A stretch of 64,000 nt of DNA from an uncultured Candidatus Saccharibacteria bacterium (GCA_964436015.1 CAYTAR010000002.1:9521-73520); one strand, 5' to 3'. Counted from the first letter of the stretch, positions 1 to 10,417 are shown. The notes: generated by a model not told the origin, from the letters alone. Numbers and translations are program-made.

Positions 1-1273
1 CTTTTCAATCCTAACACTCTCCCTTATCGCCATAATTGGTGGTGTACTATACTGGTTTTTCATTCTCCCTCAAAGCGAAAATGAAAATATAACTGAAACA
101 CCAGTTGATCTTTTCCCTTTTGACCAAAGTCAGAATGGGGGACAAAATACGAATAATCAAAATGGAGGGGTTGTAATTCCCGACAGAACATCTCCGCTTC
201 CTATCCTTCGCCTTATTACACGTGAACCAGTTGCTGGAGCTACAGCATTTACACAAGCGAGCGCAACCCTCATCCGTTTTAACGAAAAGCGTTTGGGAGA
301 TATTTTTGAAGCAAACAACACCGATACTGTTGTTACCCGTATAGATAGAGAGGTAAGTGAGGGTATCTATGATTCACACTGGGTTGAAAATGGGAGTGGT
401 TTTATATTTAGGTATGTAGATGAGGGAAGTCAATCTATTCGTTCAATATATGGAAAATTGATACTAGAAACCCCTCCACCACCAACAGATGATGCGCCTA
501 TCCCTCTTCCTGAGTGGGTGTTTACCGCAAAACCACTCACGTGGTCCATCACAGACATTGCAGTCTCTCCTGATACCAATTCAATATTTATACTCAATAA
601 AACTACGGACGGTATTGAAGGGATTCTTGCAAAACCCGACGGTACTTCTGCAACAAAAATCTTTTCATCTCCACTCAGTGAATGGCTAGTCTCATGGACA
701 TCTCCAAATACAATACTTCTCATGAATAAACCATCGCACAACATCCCAGGGTATCTCTACACACTAAATACTACAAACGCCCGCCTTACGCGAGTACTTG
801 GCCCACTTCCTGGTCTCACTGGACTCATGAGTCCAGATGGGAAATACATACTCTTCGCGACAGGAGAAAGTAATTCTCTTGAAACAAAAATGATTGATTT
901 ACAAACTAATAACATTTTTACATTTCCCCTTCGCACGCTTCCTGAAAAATGTGTATGGGCTTCTTCCTCAACAACCCTCTACTGTGGAGCAGACCCACGT
1001 ATTGGCCTCAATCAGTACCCTGATGTGTGGTATAAAGGTCTAATCTCATTCTCAGATTCACTATACGAGGTTGATGTGCTCACATTCACACAAAAACAAC
1101 TTATCAATCCATTTGATTTTGCACGTGTAACAATAGATGCAACACGTCCATTTCTCTCTCCGAGCGAAAACTACCTTTACTTTACTAATAAAAAAGACTC
1201 CTCTCTTTGGAGCCTTGAATTAAAAAAAGAAGAAGCGGTAATTATTGAAGACCGAGTTTCTACAGAGAATTAA
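1..1273 (+). CDS. membrane-anchored protein with TolB-like beta-propeller repeats (5' partial; frame is open from the window start, upstream of the ORF-track Met)
   Basis: Frame 2 is open from nt 2 to 1273. There is an N-terminal TM helix (LSLIAIIGGVLYWFFIL), then repeated blades of SPDGKYILFATGE / SPDTNSIFILN type. Confidence 0.5.
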   Translation, partial: FSILTLSLIAIIGGVLYWFFILPQSENENITETPVDLFPFDQSQNGGQNTNNQNGGVVIPDRTSPLPILRLITREPVAGATAFTQASATLIRFNEKRLGDIFEANNTDTVVTRIDREVSEGIYDSHWVENGSGFIFRYVDEGSQSIRSIYGKLILETPPPPTDDAPIPLPEWVFTAKPLTWSITDIAVSPDTNSIFILNKTTDGIEGILAKPDGTSATKIFSSPLSEWLVSWTSPNTILLMNKPSHNIPGYLYTLNTTNARLTRVLGPLPGLTGLMSPDGKYILFATGESNSLETKMIDLQTNNIFTFPLRTLPEKCVWASSSTTLYCGADPRIGLNQYPDVWYKGLISFSDSLYEVDVLTFTQKQLINPFDFARVTIDATRPFLSPSENYLYFTNKKDSSLWSLELKKEEAVIIEDRVSTEN

Positions 1274-1757
1274 TACCTGTCTCTACCACTTCCTTCTTAA
1301 ATTTAACCACTACGTGTCGTGTGGGGCCAACCCCAGCAGATTCTGTCTGTATATGCGCTTCACCTTGAAGAGTATTGTGCACAATAAGGCGTTCGTACGC
1401 ATTCATAGGAGGAAGTTCTACACTATACTCAAAAGATCGAGCTCGCTCTGCTGCAAGTTTTGCCTTCTTCTGTAGTTCGTCTACATGTTTTAGCTGGTAA
1501 TCATTTACATCAACAACGTACTCTTTCATCTCCTCCTCGGTAAGTCCCTCCTTATGAAGCGCAATTCTCTTTAAAAGGTGGTTAAGTGATGTAATGGTCT
1601 CTCCCTTATTACCAATTAGCAAACCAGATTCATTTGTTTTAATAGACAACCTCACTGCTCGCACAGCAGGCATTTCTTCTACAACCACATCAGAGTAACT
1701 GATGCCCATTTTGTTAAGTAATCCTTTTAACGTCTCAATAACTGTTTCTGTTTTCAT
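1260..1757 (-). CDS. jag: Jag/KhpB-like RNA-binding protein (KH + R3H domains), part of the yidC operon
   Basis: GLLIGNKGETITSLNHLL KH motif and a C-terminal R3H-like YERLIVHNTL. Its start overlaps the yidC stop (ATGA). Confidence 0.8.
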   Translation of the reverse strand: MKTETVIETLKGLLNKMGISYSDVVVEEMPAVRAVRLSIKTNESGLLIGNKGETITSLNHLLKRIALHKEGLTEEEMKEYVVDVNDYQLKHVDELQKKAKLAAERARSFEYSVELPPMNAYERLIVHNTLQGEAHIQTESAGVGPTRHVVVKFKKEVVETGINSL

Positions 1758-2512
1758 TTGATTATGCTGTTACTATCATTATTAACCGCATCTCGCTTCT
1801 TTCGCAGGAACATTTCTTGAATAATGGTAAAAATATTACTCGTAACCCAATACAGTGCAACCGCTGCTGAAATGTAATATGCCACAAGAGTAATAACTAT
1901 CGGCATAACATAACGCATCTGTAACTGCATACTATGCATCACATCATCTTTAAATGTAGCATCCGCACTTCGCTTCTTTAACTTCGGAAGTGTAAGCCGT
2001 ATTTGTATGAACTGCGTTATTCCGGCAAGTAGGGCGAGGATAATACTCTTGCCCGTCATGTCTAATACTGAAAGAAAGAGTATATCTACACTTTCCGGCG
2101 CGGAGACAAAAGAATACAGAATATCAGTATCTATAACAGGAAAACCGTTCTTACTAAATACAAAATACAAACCGAGAATAATAGGGATTTGTAGAAATAT
2201 GAGAAAAATTCCCGCGAATGGGTTAAAGTTATTCTTTTTATATAACGCCATCATTTCAAGTGCCATCACTTGATTGTTACCTGCGTGCTTCTTTTGAATT
2301 TCTCTAATTTGGGGCTCTATTTCTTGCATTTTCATCTGAGCCTGAATAGATTTCTTCGTCAGAGGAAAGAGAATAAACTTAACTATAATTGTTAGCAGAA
2401 TAACCGCGACACCAAGGTCGTGAAAAGGAAGTACATCAAGTATAAAAATAAGTCCGTTGTATAAAGGAGTATATACAACGGCATTGAATACGGAAGATAT
2501 CATTGCTTCCAC
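1754..2512 (-). CDS. yidC: membrane protein insertase YidC (short Oxa1-type form)
   Basis: 252 aa, multi-TM, with a conserved YidC C-terminal region (MRYVMPIVITLVAYYISAAVALYWVTSNIFTIIQ). Sits between rnpA and jag. Confidence 0.85.
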   Translation of the reverse strand: MEAMISSVFNAVVYTPLYNGLIFILDVLPFHDLGVAVILLTIIVKFILFPLTKKSIQAQMKMQEIEPQIREIQKKHAGNNQVMALEMMALYKKNNFNPFAGIFLIFLQIPIILGLYFVFSKNGFPVIDTDILYSFVSAPESVDILFLSVLDMTGKSIILALLAGITQFIQIRLTLPKLKKRSADATFKDDVMHSMQLQMRYVMPIVITLVAYYISAAVALYWVTSNIFTIIQEMFLRKKRDAVNNDSNSIIK

Positions 2513-2537
2513 ATTCTACAGAAAAATAAGGTTTTAT

Positions 2538-2867
2538 TCAACCTTTTAAGGAAAGTTCTTTTCGATATTCTGCTACCAATTCTTCTAAAGATATATTTAG
2601 AGCCATTTTTGTAGGATATATAAGCAATATGCCATTTTTAGGAAGTGTAGGGAGTAGTTTGTAGAGAATGGCGTATACGCGCCTCTTAATTTTATTTCTC
2701 TCAACTGCGGTGTGTGCAACACGTTTTGGCAGTACTACCCCAAAACGGCTCGGGGTAGTACTGGTACTAAAGTACGTATACGAAAAAGAGGAAGACGCTC
2801 CGCGTCGCCCTCTTTCTCTGTTTTTCGTAAAAAAACTAGTCGGAACCCTCCTGGCTCGGGGAAGCAT
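2538..2867 (-). CDS. rnpA: ribonuclease P protein component RnpA (start is ambiguous: 2867 or 2876)
   Basis: RFGVVLPKRVAHTAVERNKIKRRV is the RnpA signature. The classic rpmH-rnpA-yidC order is kept. Confidence 0.8.
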   Translation of the reverse strand: MLPRARRVPTSFFTKNRERGRRGASSSFSYTYFSTSTTPSRFGVVLPKRVAHTAVERNKIKRRVYAILYKLLPTLPKNGILLIYPTKMALNISLEELVAEYRKELSLKG

Positions 2868-2868
2868 A

Positions 2869-3003
2869 CTACACACTCAGTTTTGCACGCCCCTTTGCTC
2901 TTCGTCGCTTTATCACATTACGTCCATTTTTTGACTTTGAGCGAACAAGAAAGCCGTGTGTTCCTTTACGTTTTTTGTTTTTTGGCTGGTATGTTGTTGA
3001 CAT
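2869..3003 (-). CDS. rpmH: 50S ribosomal protein L34 (44 aa; absent from the ORF track because it is under 60 aa)
   Basis: Manual minus-strand translation gives [44 protein letters not shown], the L34 consensus. It lies directly upstream of rnpA. Confidence 0.85.
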   Translation of the reverse strand: MSTTYQPKNKKRKGTHGFLVRSKSKNGRNVIKRRRAKGRAKLSV

Positions 3004-3168
3004 AGGGTCAAGTATATATTAAAGATTATTTTTTGCAACACATACCAACATACACTCGTCTTTGGGTAATCAACAGACTGTACACAGGTTATGAACAAGA
3101 CGTGCGTTTGGTCAAGTCTATCCATTTTTTCTCACACATATATAATAGGTGAACAATAATATATTTAT

Positions 3169-4515
3169 ATGTCTGATCTAAAACAACTTTGGGATAATAC
3201 ACTCGGTCAAATAGAACTTGAAGTTTCAAAGGCAAATTTCAATACATGGTTTAAAAATACAGATATTATTAAGTTTGAGGATGGGGTAATTTACGCAAGT
3301 GTACCTAACCAGTTTGTAAAAGACTGGCTTTCAAACAAATATCACAAGTTTATTCTTAGAATTTTACGAACATTGTCTGATCAAGTTCGTTCACTTGAAT
3401 TTTTAGTTGTTCGTGATGAACAAAAGAAAAAAGAACTGCTCAATCAACGATTTGTTATGCACACCAATGAGCTACCCTTAAACGAGCTCTATATTAATAA
3501 AGATGATAATTTGAACCCACGGTATACATTTGAAACATTCGTGGTTGGTCCGTTTAATGAACTCGCATTTGCTGCCGCACAAGCGGTTATAAAAGAGCCC
3601 GGGATAGCGTATAACCCGCTTTTTATTTGTGGAAATACTGGATTAGGTAAAACACACCTTATGCAAGCGGTAGGGAACTATGTAAAAAACAGTGATAAAG
3701 ACAAGAAAGTCTACTATGTTACTTCTGAGCGATTTGCGCTTGATTATCTAAACGCACTTCAAAATAACAAAGCTACCGTATTCAAAGAAAAATATAGAAA
3801 GTATGACATTTTAATAATGGATGATATTCAGTTCCTTTCAAAAAAAGAAAAAACTCAGGAGGAATTATTCCATCTCTTTAATAGCCTCTACGACAACAAT
3901 AAACAAATTATATTTTCATCTGACAAGCACCCGAACTACTTACCAAATATGGAAGAGCGTCTCAAGTCACGCTTTAGTGCGGGAATGATTGTTGATATTC
4001 CCGAGCCTGACCACGAATCTCGCATGGCAATTTTGAGAGAAAAAGTTAAGGTAAGTAACATCTCACTTGAAAACGATATTATTGATTACCTCGCGCAGAG
4101 CGTAGAAGGGAATATTCGTGAACTTGAAGGAGTACTTAACTCTATTGTGTGCCAAACACGCCTAAAAGCTCGTGATCTCACATTAAATGAAATTAAAAAT
4201 CTAATAAAAGATACCGTAAAGCCAAGAAAGATTGTTTCTGTTAAGGATATAATAAAAACCATTAGTGATTTTTATAGTATTGATGAGGAGATTGTGTACA
4301 AAAAAACAAGAAAAAAAGAAGCTGTTCGTCCACGACAGATAATTATGTATATTCTTCGGGAAGATTTTCACGCTTCGTATCCTTCAATTGGACAGAAGAT
4401 AGGAGGGAGGGATCACACAACAGTTATTCACTCATGTGAAAAAATTAAAAATGAAATAAAGCATGATTCAGTTCTTGCGCAAGAAATTCACCAGATTCGA
4501 ACGATGTTGAGGTAA
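3169..4515 (+). CDS. dnaA: chromosomal replication initiator protein DnaA
   Basis: AAA+ Walker A (GNTGLGKTHL), Walker B (DDIQFL) and a C-terminal DnaA-box-binding HTH. Divergent from rpmH. Confidence 0.95.
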   Translation: MSDLKQLWDNTLGQIELEVSKANFNTWFKNTDIIKFEDGVIYASVPNQFVKDWLSNKYHKFILRILRTLSDQVRSLEFLVVRDEQKKKELLNQRFVMHTNELPLNELYINKDDNLNPRYTFETFVVGPFNELAFAAAQAVIKEPGIAYNPLFICGNTGLGKTHLMQAVGNYVKNSDKDKKVYYVTSERFALDYLNALQNNKATVFKEKYRKYDILIMDDIQFLSKKEKTQEELFHLFNSLYDNNKQIIFSSDKHPNYLPNMEERLKSRFSAGMIVDIPEPDHESRMAILREKVKVSNISLENDIIDYLAQSVEGNIRELEGVLNSIVCQTRLKARDLTLNEIKNLIKDTVKPRKIVSVKDIIKTISDFYSIDEEIVYKKTRKKEAVRPRQIIMYILREDFHASYPSIGQKIGGRDHTTVIHSCEKIKNEIKHDSVLAQEIHQIRTMLR

Positions 4516-4539
4516 CTGTGGAAAGAGTGTTGAGTGTGT

Positions 4540-4710
4540 GGGGAAATTATTGTTAATAACTCGGTATAACTGTATCGGTTATACCCATAAAAATAATATA
4601 AGAAAAATACATACTCATTATTCCTATATCATACATATTTTTTCCCCACATATTTATTTATAAAACCTATGTATACCAACACTTAATTTACTAATCCACA
4701 TATCCCCATG
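4540..4710. promoter_or_regulatory. putative oriC / DnaA-box cluster in the AT-rich dnaA-dnaN spacer
   Basis: TGTGGGGAAA (4546-4555) and its inverse TTTCCCCACA (4642-4651), plus TAATCCACA (4692-4700, one mismatch to TTATCCACA), in a spacer of >70% AT. Confidence 0.4.
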
Positions 4711-4754
4711 TATAGTATTGGTATGAAATTAATTAATAAAAATAAACTACTAGT

Positions 4755-5855
4755 ATGAAAGTTTCTTGCTCAAGAGAAAAAATAATAGACGCTGTATACA
4801 GAACTGAAAGAGCGACGGGTAAAAATTTATCACTTTCCGTACTTTCGTGTATTTTTATAGAAGCGAAAAAAGGTACTTTATTACTCCGTGCAACAAACTT
4901 AGATCTTGGTGTGGAAATATCAATACCTGCTAAAGTTGAATCAGAAGGAGTTGTTGCTGTTCTAGGAAATCTTTTTTCTCAAGTAGTTAATTCTGCAGTT
5001 AATACCGATACACTCCTTTTTGAGTTACAGGAAGGGGGATTAGTTATTACCTCTAAACACAGTGTTACTACTCTTACTACACAACCACACGAGGATTTTC
5101 CCACTATACCTCATATTACAGAAGAATTTTCTTCCTTTTCAGCACCAGCAAATCTTCTAGTTGAAGGGATGAAATCTGTTAATTTTTGTTCATCTAGTAC
5201 TACTATTAAGCCGGAACTTGGATCGGTATATATATATCAAGATTCGGGTGAGTTACTATTTGTGGCTACTGACTCCTTTAGGCTAGCTGAGAAAAAAATG
5301 AAGGTAGCAGTAGGAGAAGATATTAAACTACTTATTCCTAATAAAAATGTAATAGAGCTCATTCGTTTTCTTTCTGGAATTACTGATGATGTTGAGGTTC
5401 GGTATACAGAAAATCAAATTTCATTCTTACATAAAAATTATTATTTCACTTCTCGTGTAATAAATGGAACTTTTCCCGATTACCGACAAATAATTCCTAA
5501 AGAATATACCACCACGGTACGCTTACTCAAACAAGATTTTCTTGATTCACTCAAGAAAGCAAGCATTTTTTCTGGGAAATTTAATCAAATTAAAATAACT
5601 ATCAATCCAAAAGAAGGTTTATTTTCTATTGCAACCACTCAGGCAGATATTGGGGCACACACTGATGCTCTTACCGCTGAGACCACAGGTGAAGAGTTTG
5701 AAGCTCATTTTAATGAAAAGTATGTTTCAGATGTATTACCACACATTACGTTAGATTCGATTGAGCTTTCTTTTGCAGGGAAAGGACGTCCGTTGGTTAT
5801 TAAACCAATTCCACACGGTTCATTTTTGTATTTAGTAATGCCAATGAATAAGTAG
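4755..5855 (+). CDS. dnaN: DNA polymerase III beta sliding clamp
   Basis: 366 aa, three-domain clamp-like, immediately downstream of dnaA. Confidence 0.9.
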   Translation: MKVSCSREKIIDAVYRTERATGKNLSLSVLSCIFIEAKKGTLLLRATNLDLGVEISIPAKVESEGVVAVLGNLFSQVVNSAVNTDTLLFELQEGGLVITSKHSVTTLTTQPHEDFPTIPHITEEFSSFSAPANLLVEGMKSVNFCSSSTTIKPELGSVYIYQDSGELLFVATDSFRLAEKKMKVAVGEDIKLLIPNKNVIELIRFLSGITDDVEVRYTENQISFLHKNYYFTSRVINGTFPDYRQIIPKEYTTTVRLLKQDFLDSLKKASIFSGKFNQIKITINPKEGLFSIATTQADIGAHTDALTAETTGEEFEAHFNEKYVSDVLPHITLDSIELSFAGKGRPLVIKPIPHGSFLYLVMPMNK

Positions 5856-5856
5856 C

Positions 5857-6114
5857 ATGGCACTTCAGGGAATTACTCTTTTTCTTGAACGGTTTAAAAA
5901 ACTCAAAGCGCCAGAGAAGTATGTAAAAGAAGCGGTACAAAAAGCAGTGCAGGATATTTGTCTACTTACTATCCCTGTAGAGCAAATCTCAGTGTCAAAA
6001 AAAGGGGTTTTTATTTCTACTCACCCGCTCATTAGAACAAAAATTCACCTGGACAAGGAGTCCATAGAAAAGAAAATAGAAGAGTATTTAGTGAAAAAAA
6101 TAAATATTCACTAA
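5857..6114 (+). CDS. small DUF721/DciA-like protein downstream of dnaN
   Basis: 85 aa. Position after dnaN and a C-terminal pattern resembling DUF721; family assignment is by pattern only. Confidence 0.4.
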   Translation: MALQGITLFLERFKKLKAPEKYVKEAVQKAVQDICLLTIPVEQISVSKKGVFISTHPLIRTKIHLDKESIEKKIEEYLVKKINIH

Positions 6115-8654
6115 TTCTGCGGAGTGCTTGAAAGGGTAAATGGAAGGGTAACTTCGCTTCTGTTATACACTGAATCGTAACCCACAATTCGTATTGAATT
6201 GCTTTGCTGAATTGAAGGGATGGAACTAGGAATAAATGTGTACGTAAAAGGTGCTCGCTGTACTGAATTTACAAATTCATTATTGATAAAAATATCAATA
6301 CGAGATAAAGGGTAGATATTTGAGTTTGTAACGGTAAAAGAGACAGGGGAATTGTTCTGATATGAAATAGTAGAATCAATACCAGTTACCAGTAGACGTG
6401 GTTGAGTCTCGGGGGTATGAATGGTATCAAATTCAGTGGGGATGGTGCTTGTGCTTGTTTCTGGAATGTTATTCTTTCTCACCCACTCTCGAACTGGGTA
6501 TTCCCACAATACATACTGCGATACTGATGCAGGATTCTCAGGAACTGGTCCTCGTGGATCATTTCTATCTACCCAATGTAAGATTGAATGAATATCAGTT
6601 ACCACACGAACCTCTTTTGTTTCTTCAGGGGTATACTCTGTTGCGAGTTTTTGAGAAATAGTGTCTATGGTGTACGTGGTGCTCCCCCTCCATTCTCCTC
6701 GAATAACTGGCTTTAAATCATTTTTATTCACGATAGGCTTTGGTTGGGGAAAATCTTCTTTTGGGTATGTAGTGAGCACTTCCTGAATAAATGCGTTCCA
6801 CAGTGGCGCAATAATCAACCCAGCAACCTTCTTATCCATTGGTCTATTGTCGTTGTTTCCAGCCCATGCACCAACAGCGATACGTGGAGTGTAGCCAATA
6901 ACCCACGCATCTTTGTAATCATTTGTGGTACCGGTTTTTACTGCTACATCATATTGAGAAAAATGAAGCGGAGAGTTTGATCCGTACGATGGAGCCCGGG
7001 CAACGTTATCAGAAAGAATATCGCTAATGGTGAGTGCAACATCTTCAGGTAAAACTCGATAAGGACGAGATCCTCCATCTTCAAATAGAACACCGCTTTT
7101 ATCTTCAATTTTAATAATGCTTCTATAAGGAACCCTCATTCCTTTGTTTGCAAATACTCCATATGCGCTAGTCATTTCAAGTGGGGTAACTTCTCCACCT
7201 CCAAGCACTAACGTGAGTCCATATTGGTCTACGCCTCCAAGGGTCGAAATTCCCATATCCTTTGCAGTTCGGAGTGAATCCGCAAGTCCTGCCAAATATA
7301 GTGTTTTTATCGCTGGTATGTTGATTGATTGGGCAAGCGCGTCACGTAGTGACATTGGTCCCCTGAACGCATTGTCATAGTTGCCCGGCATATAGCAGTT
7401 GGAATTACTGTATATTTTAGTGCCATCAGGGCGACACTCGGTTGAAAATTCTGTTTCGAGGTCAAACACAACTGTTTCTGGAAGAAACCCTTTTTTAAAT
7501 GCAGTTGCGTACACAAAAGGTTTAAAAGTTGAACCAGGCTGTCGTTTTGCGAGCGCAATGTTATAGTTACCGTCAATTTCTTTATCAAAGTAATCTCGAG
7601 AGCCCACCATTACCAAAATATCTCCAGTAGTTGCATCGATAGCAACAAGGGATGCATTTTCGGCATCAAACTGTTCACTGTTTGAAAGTGCGAATTTTTT
7701 TGCAATTTCTTCAGCTTTAAGTTGTAGATCGTAGTGAAGGGAGGTAATAACTTTTAGTCCGCCCTCTTGTACTGCCTTTTGACCGTACTTTAGTTCAAGT
7801 TGTTCAATGATGTAAAACACAAAGTGAGGTGCTTGTATTCCAATCTCGGATCGTGGGCGAAATTCTACCTCTTCTAAACTTGCGCCGTCGTACTCCTCCT
7901 GCGTTATAAATCCATTTTCAACCATTCGGCGCAACACGAGATTTTTACGATTATTCAAAGCTTCCACATTGTTTCCATATGGTGAGAAATATGTCGGCGC
8001 TTGTGGAATCGCAGCTAAATACGCTGCCTCTGCAAGCGTTACATCGTATGCGCGTTTTCCAAAAAAAGTGAGACTAGCCTGCTCAGCTCCATAAATATTA
8101 CCCCCGTAAGGTATTTCATTAAGGTAAATTGAAAGAATTTCATCTTTAGTAAGAACTTGCTCAAGTTTTAATGCGAGTACCCACTCTTTTATTTTACGTG
8201 AAATTTTCTTTTCTGAAGTGAGAACTGAGTTTTTAATGACTTGTTGGGTTATGGTAGAACCACCTTGAGTGTACCCGTCACGACCGAGGTACGTCAGCAC
8301 GTTTGAGAGTACTGCGCGGATAATTGCCTTGGGTTTAATTCCTTTATGGCTATAAAATTCAGCATCTTCAATTGCAACACTGGCATTTTTTATATTTCTT
8401 GAGATTTCCTCAAAAGGAACCACGGTTCTTCTAATGTCTTGGTGTACATCGTAGAGTAAATGTTCTCCCGTACGATCGTATATCTTGGTTGATTCGGTTA
8501 TTTTGCGCTCATCAAATGTTTGTAGGTCGGGAATAGGAAGTGTTGCAACCCACAGGAGGCCAGCGCCTCCCACCACGAGGCCTGATATGGCGCCAATAAA
8601 GATTAATTTTATTCCTATGTGCTTGATTGCATACCAATGCTTCCTTTTTTTCAT
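6111..8654 (-). CDS. class A penicillin-binding protein (PBP1A-type glycosyltransferase/transpeptidase) with a C-terminal extension
   Basis: N-terminal TM, GT51 motifs (EDAEFYSHKGI, GGSTITQQ), transpeptidase STFKPF (SxxK), plus a roughly 150-aa S/T-rich tail. Confidence 0.9.
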   Translation of the reverse strand: MKKRKHWYAIKHIGIKLIFIGAISGLVVGGAGLLWVATLPIPDLQTFDERKITESTKIYDRTGEHLLYDVHQDIRRTVVPFEEISRNIKNASVAIEDAEFYSHKGIKPKAIIRAVLSNVLTYLGRDGYTQGGSTITQQVIKNSVLTSEKKISRKIKEWVLALKLEQVLTKDEILSIYLNEIPYGGNIYGAEQASLTFFGKRAYDVTLAEAAYLAAIPQAPTYFSPYGNNVEALNNRKNLVLRRMVENGFITQEEYDGASLEEVEFRPRSEIGIQAPHFVFYIIEQLELKYGQKAVQEGGLKVITSLHYDLQLKAEEIAKKFALSNSEQFDAENASLVAIDATTGDILVMVGSRDYFDKEIDGNYNIALAKRQPGSTFKPFVYATAFKKGFLPETVVFDLETEFSTECRPDGTKIYSNSNCYMPGNYDNAFRGPMSLRDALAQSINIPAIKTLYLAGLADSLRTAKDMGISTLGGVDQYGLTLVLGGGEVTPLEMTSAYGVFANKGMRVPYRSIIKIEDKSGVLFEDGGSRPYRVLPEDVALTISDILSDNVARAPSYGSNSPLHFSQYDVAVKTGTTNDYKDAWVIGYTPRIAVGAWAGNNDNRPMDKKVAGLIIAPLWNAFIQEVLTTYPKEDFPQPKPIVNKNDLKPVIRGEWRGSTTYTIDTISQKLATEYTPEETKEVRVVTDIHSILHWVDRNDPRGPVPENPASVSQYVLWEYPVREWVRKNNIPETSTSTIPTEFDTIHTPETQPRLLVTGIDSTISYQNNSPVSFTVTNSNIYPLSRIDIFINNEFVNSVQRAPFTYTFIPSSIPSIQQSNSIRIVGYDSVYNRSEVTLPFTLSSTPQN

Positions 8655-8735
8655 ACTATCCGACTATAGCATAAAAAATCACCATAAAACAGAATATGAG
8701 AGGACAAAGCGGGTTACATATGCTACGCTAGAAAC

Positions 8736-10118
8736 ATGGAAAAAAGGACACAAGTAAGCGACATAGACGAATTGCTCACTAGGGGGGTTGCAACGTTTAT
8801 TGATCCGAAAGGTGAGTTCAGAAAAAAACTTGAAGGAAAAGTCGCTGGAACATATACAAAAGATATTTATATTAAGTTTGGCGTGGATCCAACTCGGCCA
8901 GATATTCACCTCGGACATGCAGTTTTACTGAGAAAACTAAGGCAATTTCAGAATATGGGGTGTAAGGTAATTTTTTTAGTGGGTGATTTTACTGCACACA
9001 TAGGAGACCCGACTGGCAAGAGTAAGGTCCGTCCTGAACTAGAACAGGCAGAAATCGAAGCCAACATGAAAACTTACCTTGAGCAAATTGGTAAAATTCT
9101 AGATACTCGACCTGAAGTATTCACGTGGATTAGAAACTCTGATTGGTTTATTAACGTAACCGATCTTGCACCGCATCAAAAACTCTCAATTAAGTATCGG
9201 ATGATATCTGTGAATCCAAACTCGTTTATAGGTAAGTCTATACTCTTTTCTGAGACGCGAATGCAAAAGACGCATCTCAAAAAAAGCGAAATTACTGCGG
9301 TAACGTTAAAAGGGATGCTTTGGACACTAAAGCATATCACCCACGCTCAGTTAATTGAACGAGATATGTTCCAGGAACGCTTAAAATCTGGACAGGAGCT
9401 ATACATGCACGAAATGTTGTATCCAGTGCTTCAAGGTGTTGATTCATACGTTTTAAGTAAGGTATATGGATCATGTGATATGGAGGTTGGGGGGAGTGAT
9501 CAAGCCTTTAATATGATTATGGGAAGGAATATTATGAAAGTAAATAATATTCCTGAACAAGCGGTATTGAGTACGCATGTACTTGTGGGGACTGACGGAA
9601 GTTCAAAAATGAGTAAAAGCTTGGATAATTACATTTGCATCACCGATGCACCTGGCGACATGTTTGGAAAAATTATGTCCATTCCGGATACGGCTATTAT
9701 TGATTACGCTATTCTTGCAACGTACTTACCAGATAGTGAAATTCAAACTATACAGAAAAAAATTACAGAAGGATCAAAAAATCCCCGGGATATAAAAGCA
9801 GAGGTTGCTGAAGCGGTCGTGTCAATTTACCACGGAGTAGCTCAAGCAAAAAAGGCCCATGAGGATTTTATCAATACATTTAGTAATAAGAGTATTCCTG
9901 AAACAATGCCTCAAATAGAGGCACAAGCAGACCAGTTCCTTATCGATGTGTTAGTTAATTCAGAGCTAGTCCCATCAAAAGCAGAGGCTCGTCGGTTGTG
10001 TAATAGTGGGGCGGTTACGTTCCTTACAGAGAATAAAGTGTGTTCTCCAAAGGATATTGTTCAAGAAGGGGAGTATAAAATTGGTAAACACCGCTTCCTT
10101 CGGGTAACTATAAAATAA
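8736..10118 (+). CDS. tyrS: tyrosyl-tRNA synthetase
   Basis: HIGH-class motif HLGHAVLL, KMSKS present, TyrRS-like GDFTAHIGDPTGKS, and a C-terminal S4-like domain. Confidence 0.85.
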   Translation: MEKRTQVSDIDELLTRGVATFIDPKGEFRKKLEGKVAGTYTKDIYIKFGVDPTRPDIHLGHAVLLRKLRQFQNMGCKVIFLVGDFTAHIGDPTGKSKVRPELEQAEIEANMKTYLEQIGKILDTRPEVFTWIRNSDWFINVTDLAPHQKLSIKYRMISVNPNSFIGKSILFSETRMQKTHLKKSEITAVTLKGMLWTLKHITHAQLIERDMFQERLKSGQELYMHEMLYPVLQGVDSYVLSKVYGSCDMEVGGSDQAFNMIMGRNIMKVNNIPEQAVLSTHVLVGTDGSSKMSKSLDNYICITDAPGDMFGKIMSIPDTAIIDYAILATYLPDSEIQTIQKKITEGSKNPRDIKAEVAEAVVSIYHGVAQAKKAHEDFINTFSNKSIPETMPQIEAQADQFLIDVLVNSELVPSKAEARRLCNSGAVTFLTENKVCSPKDIVQEGEYKIGKHRFLRVTIK

Positions 10119-10148
10119 AACCCCTCAAACTTGAGGGGTTTTATTTTA
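10119..10148. terminator. bidirectional intrinsic terminator (tyrS / small acidic ORF)
   Basis: AAAACCCCTCaaacttGAGGGGTTTTATTTT, with U-runs on both strands. Confidence 0.8.
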
Positions 10149-10307
10149 TAGTTCCTCAGGCTCTACGTCTGTAAGAGGAAGGTCTTCGTCATCTTCAAGG
10201 TCTCCAAAGGTATCTAATTCATCACCCAAGTCGTCATCAATATCTGCATCAGTCGTATCATCTTCTAGTGAAAATGAATGAAATACATTTTGAATGTCTA
10301 ACTCCAT
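10146..10307 (-). CDS. small acidic protein (53 aa), last gene of the ruvB-yebC-ruvC transcription unit
   Basis: MELDIQNVFHSFSLEDDTTDADIDDDLGDELDTFGDLEDDEDLPLTDVEPEEL. Co-oriented with ruvC and ends at the bidirectional terminator. Found only by manual translation. Confidence 0.3.
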   Translation of the reverse strand: MELDIQNVFHSFSLEDDTTDADIDDDLGDELDTFGDLEDDEDLPLTDVEPEEL

Positions 10308-10417
10308 AAAAATTATTTTTTTTGATAATTACGTACGAGAGAGCAACCTCTCGCTATAGTTTTATCAAATCTCGTTTTACAATGCAAATTATTGTATGGT
10401 GTGGATAAAAATAACTA

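Noticed and set aside
10400-10408. Perfect DnaA box TGTGGATAA just past the ruvC stop
   Set aside because: A single isolated 9-mer, with about 0.5 expected by chance in 64 kb over both strands. There is no cluster, and the site is far from dnaA.
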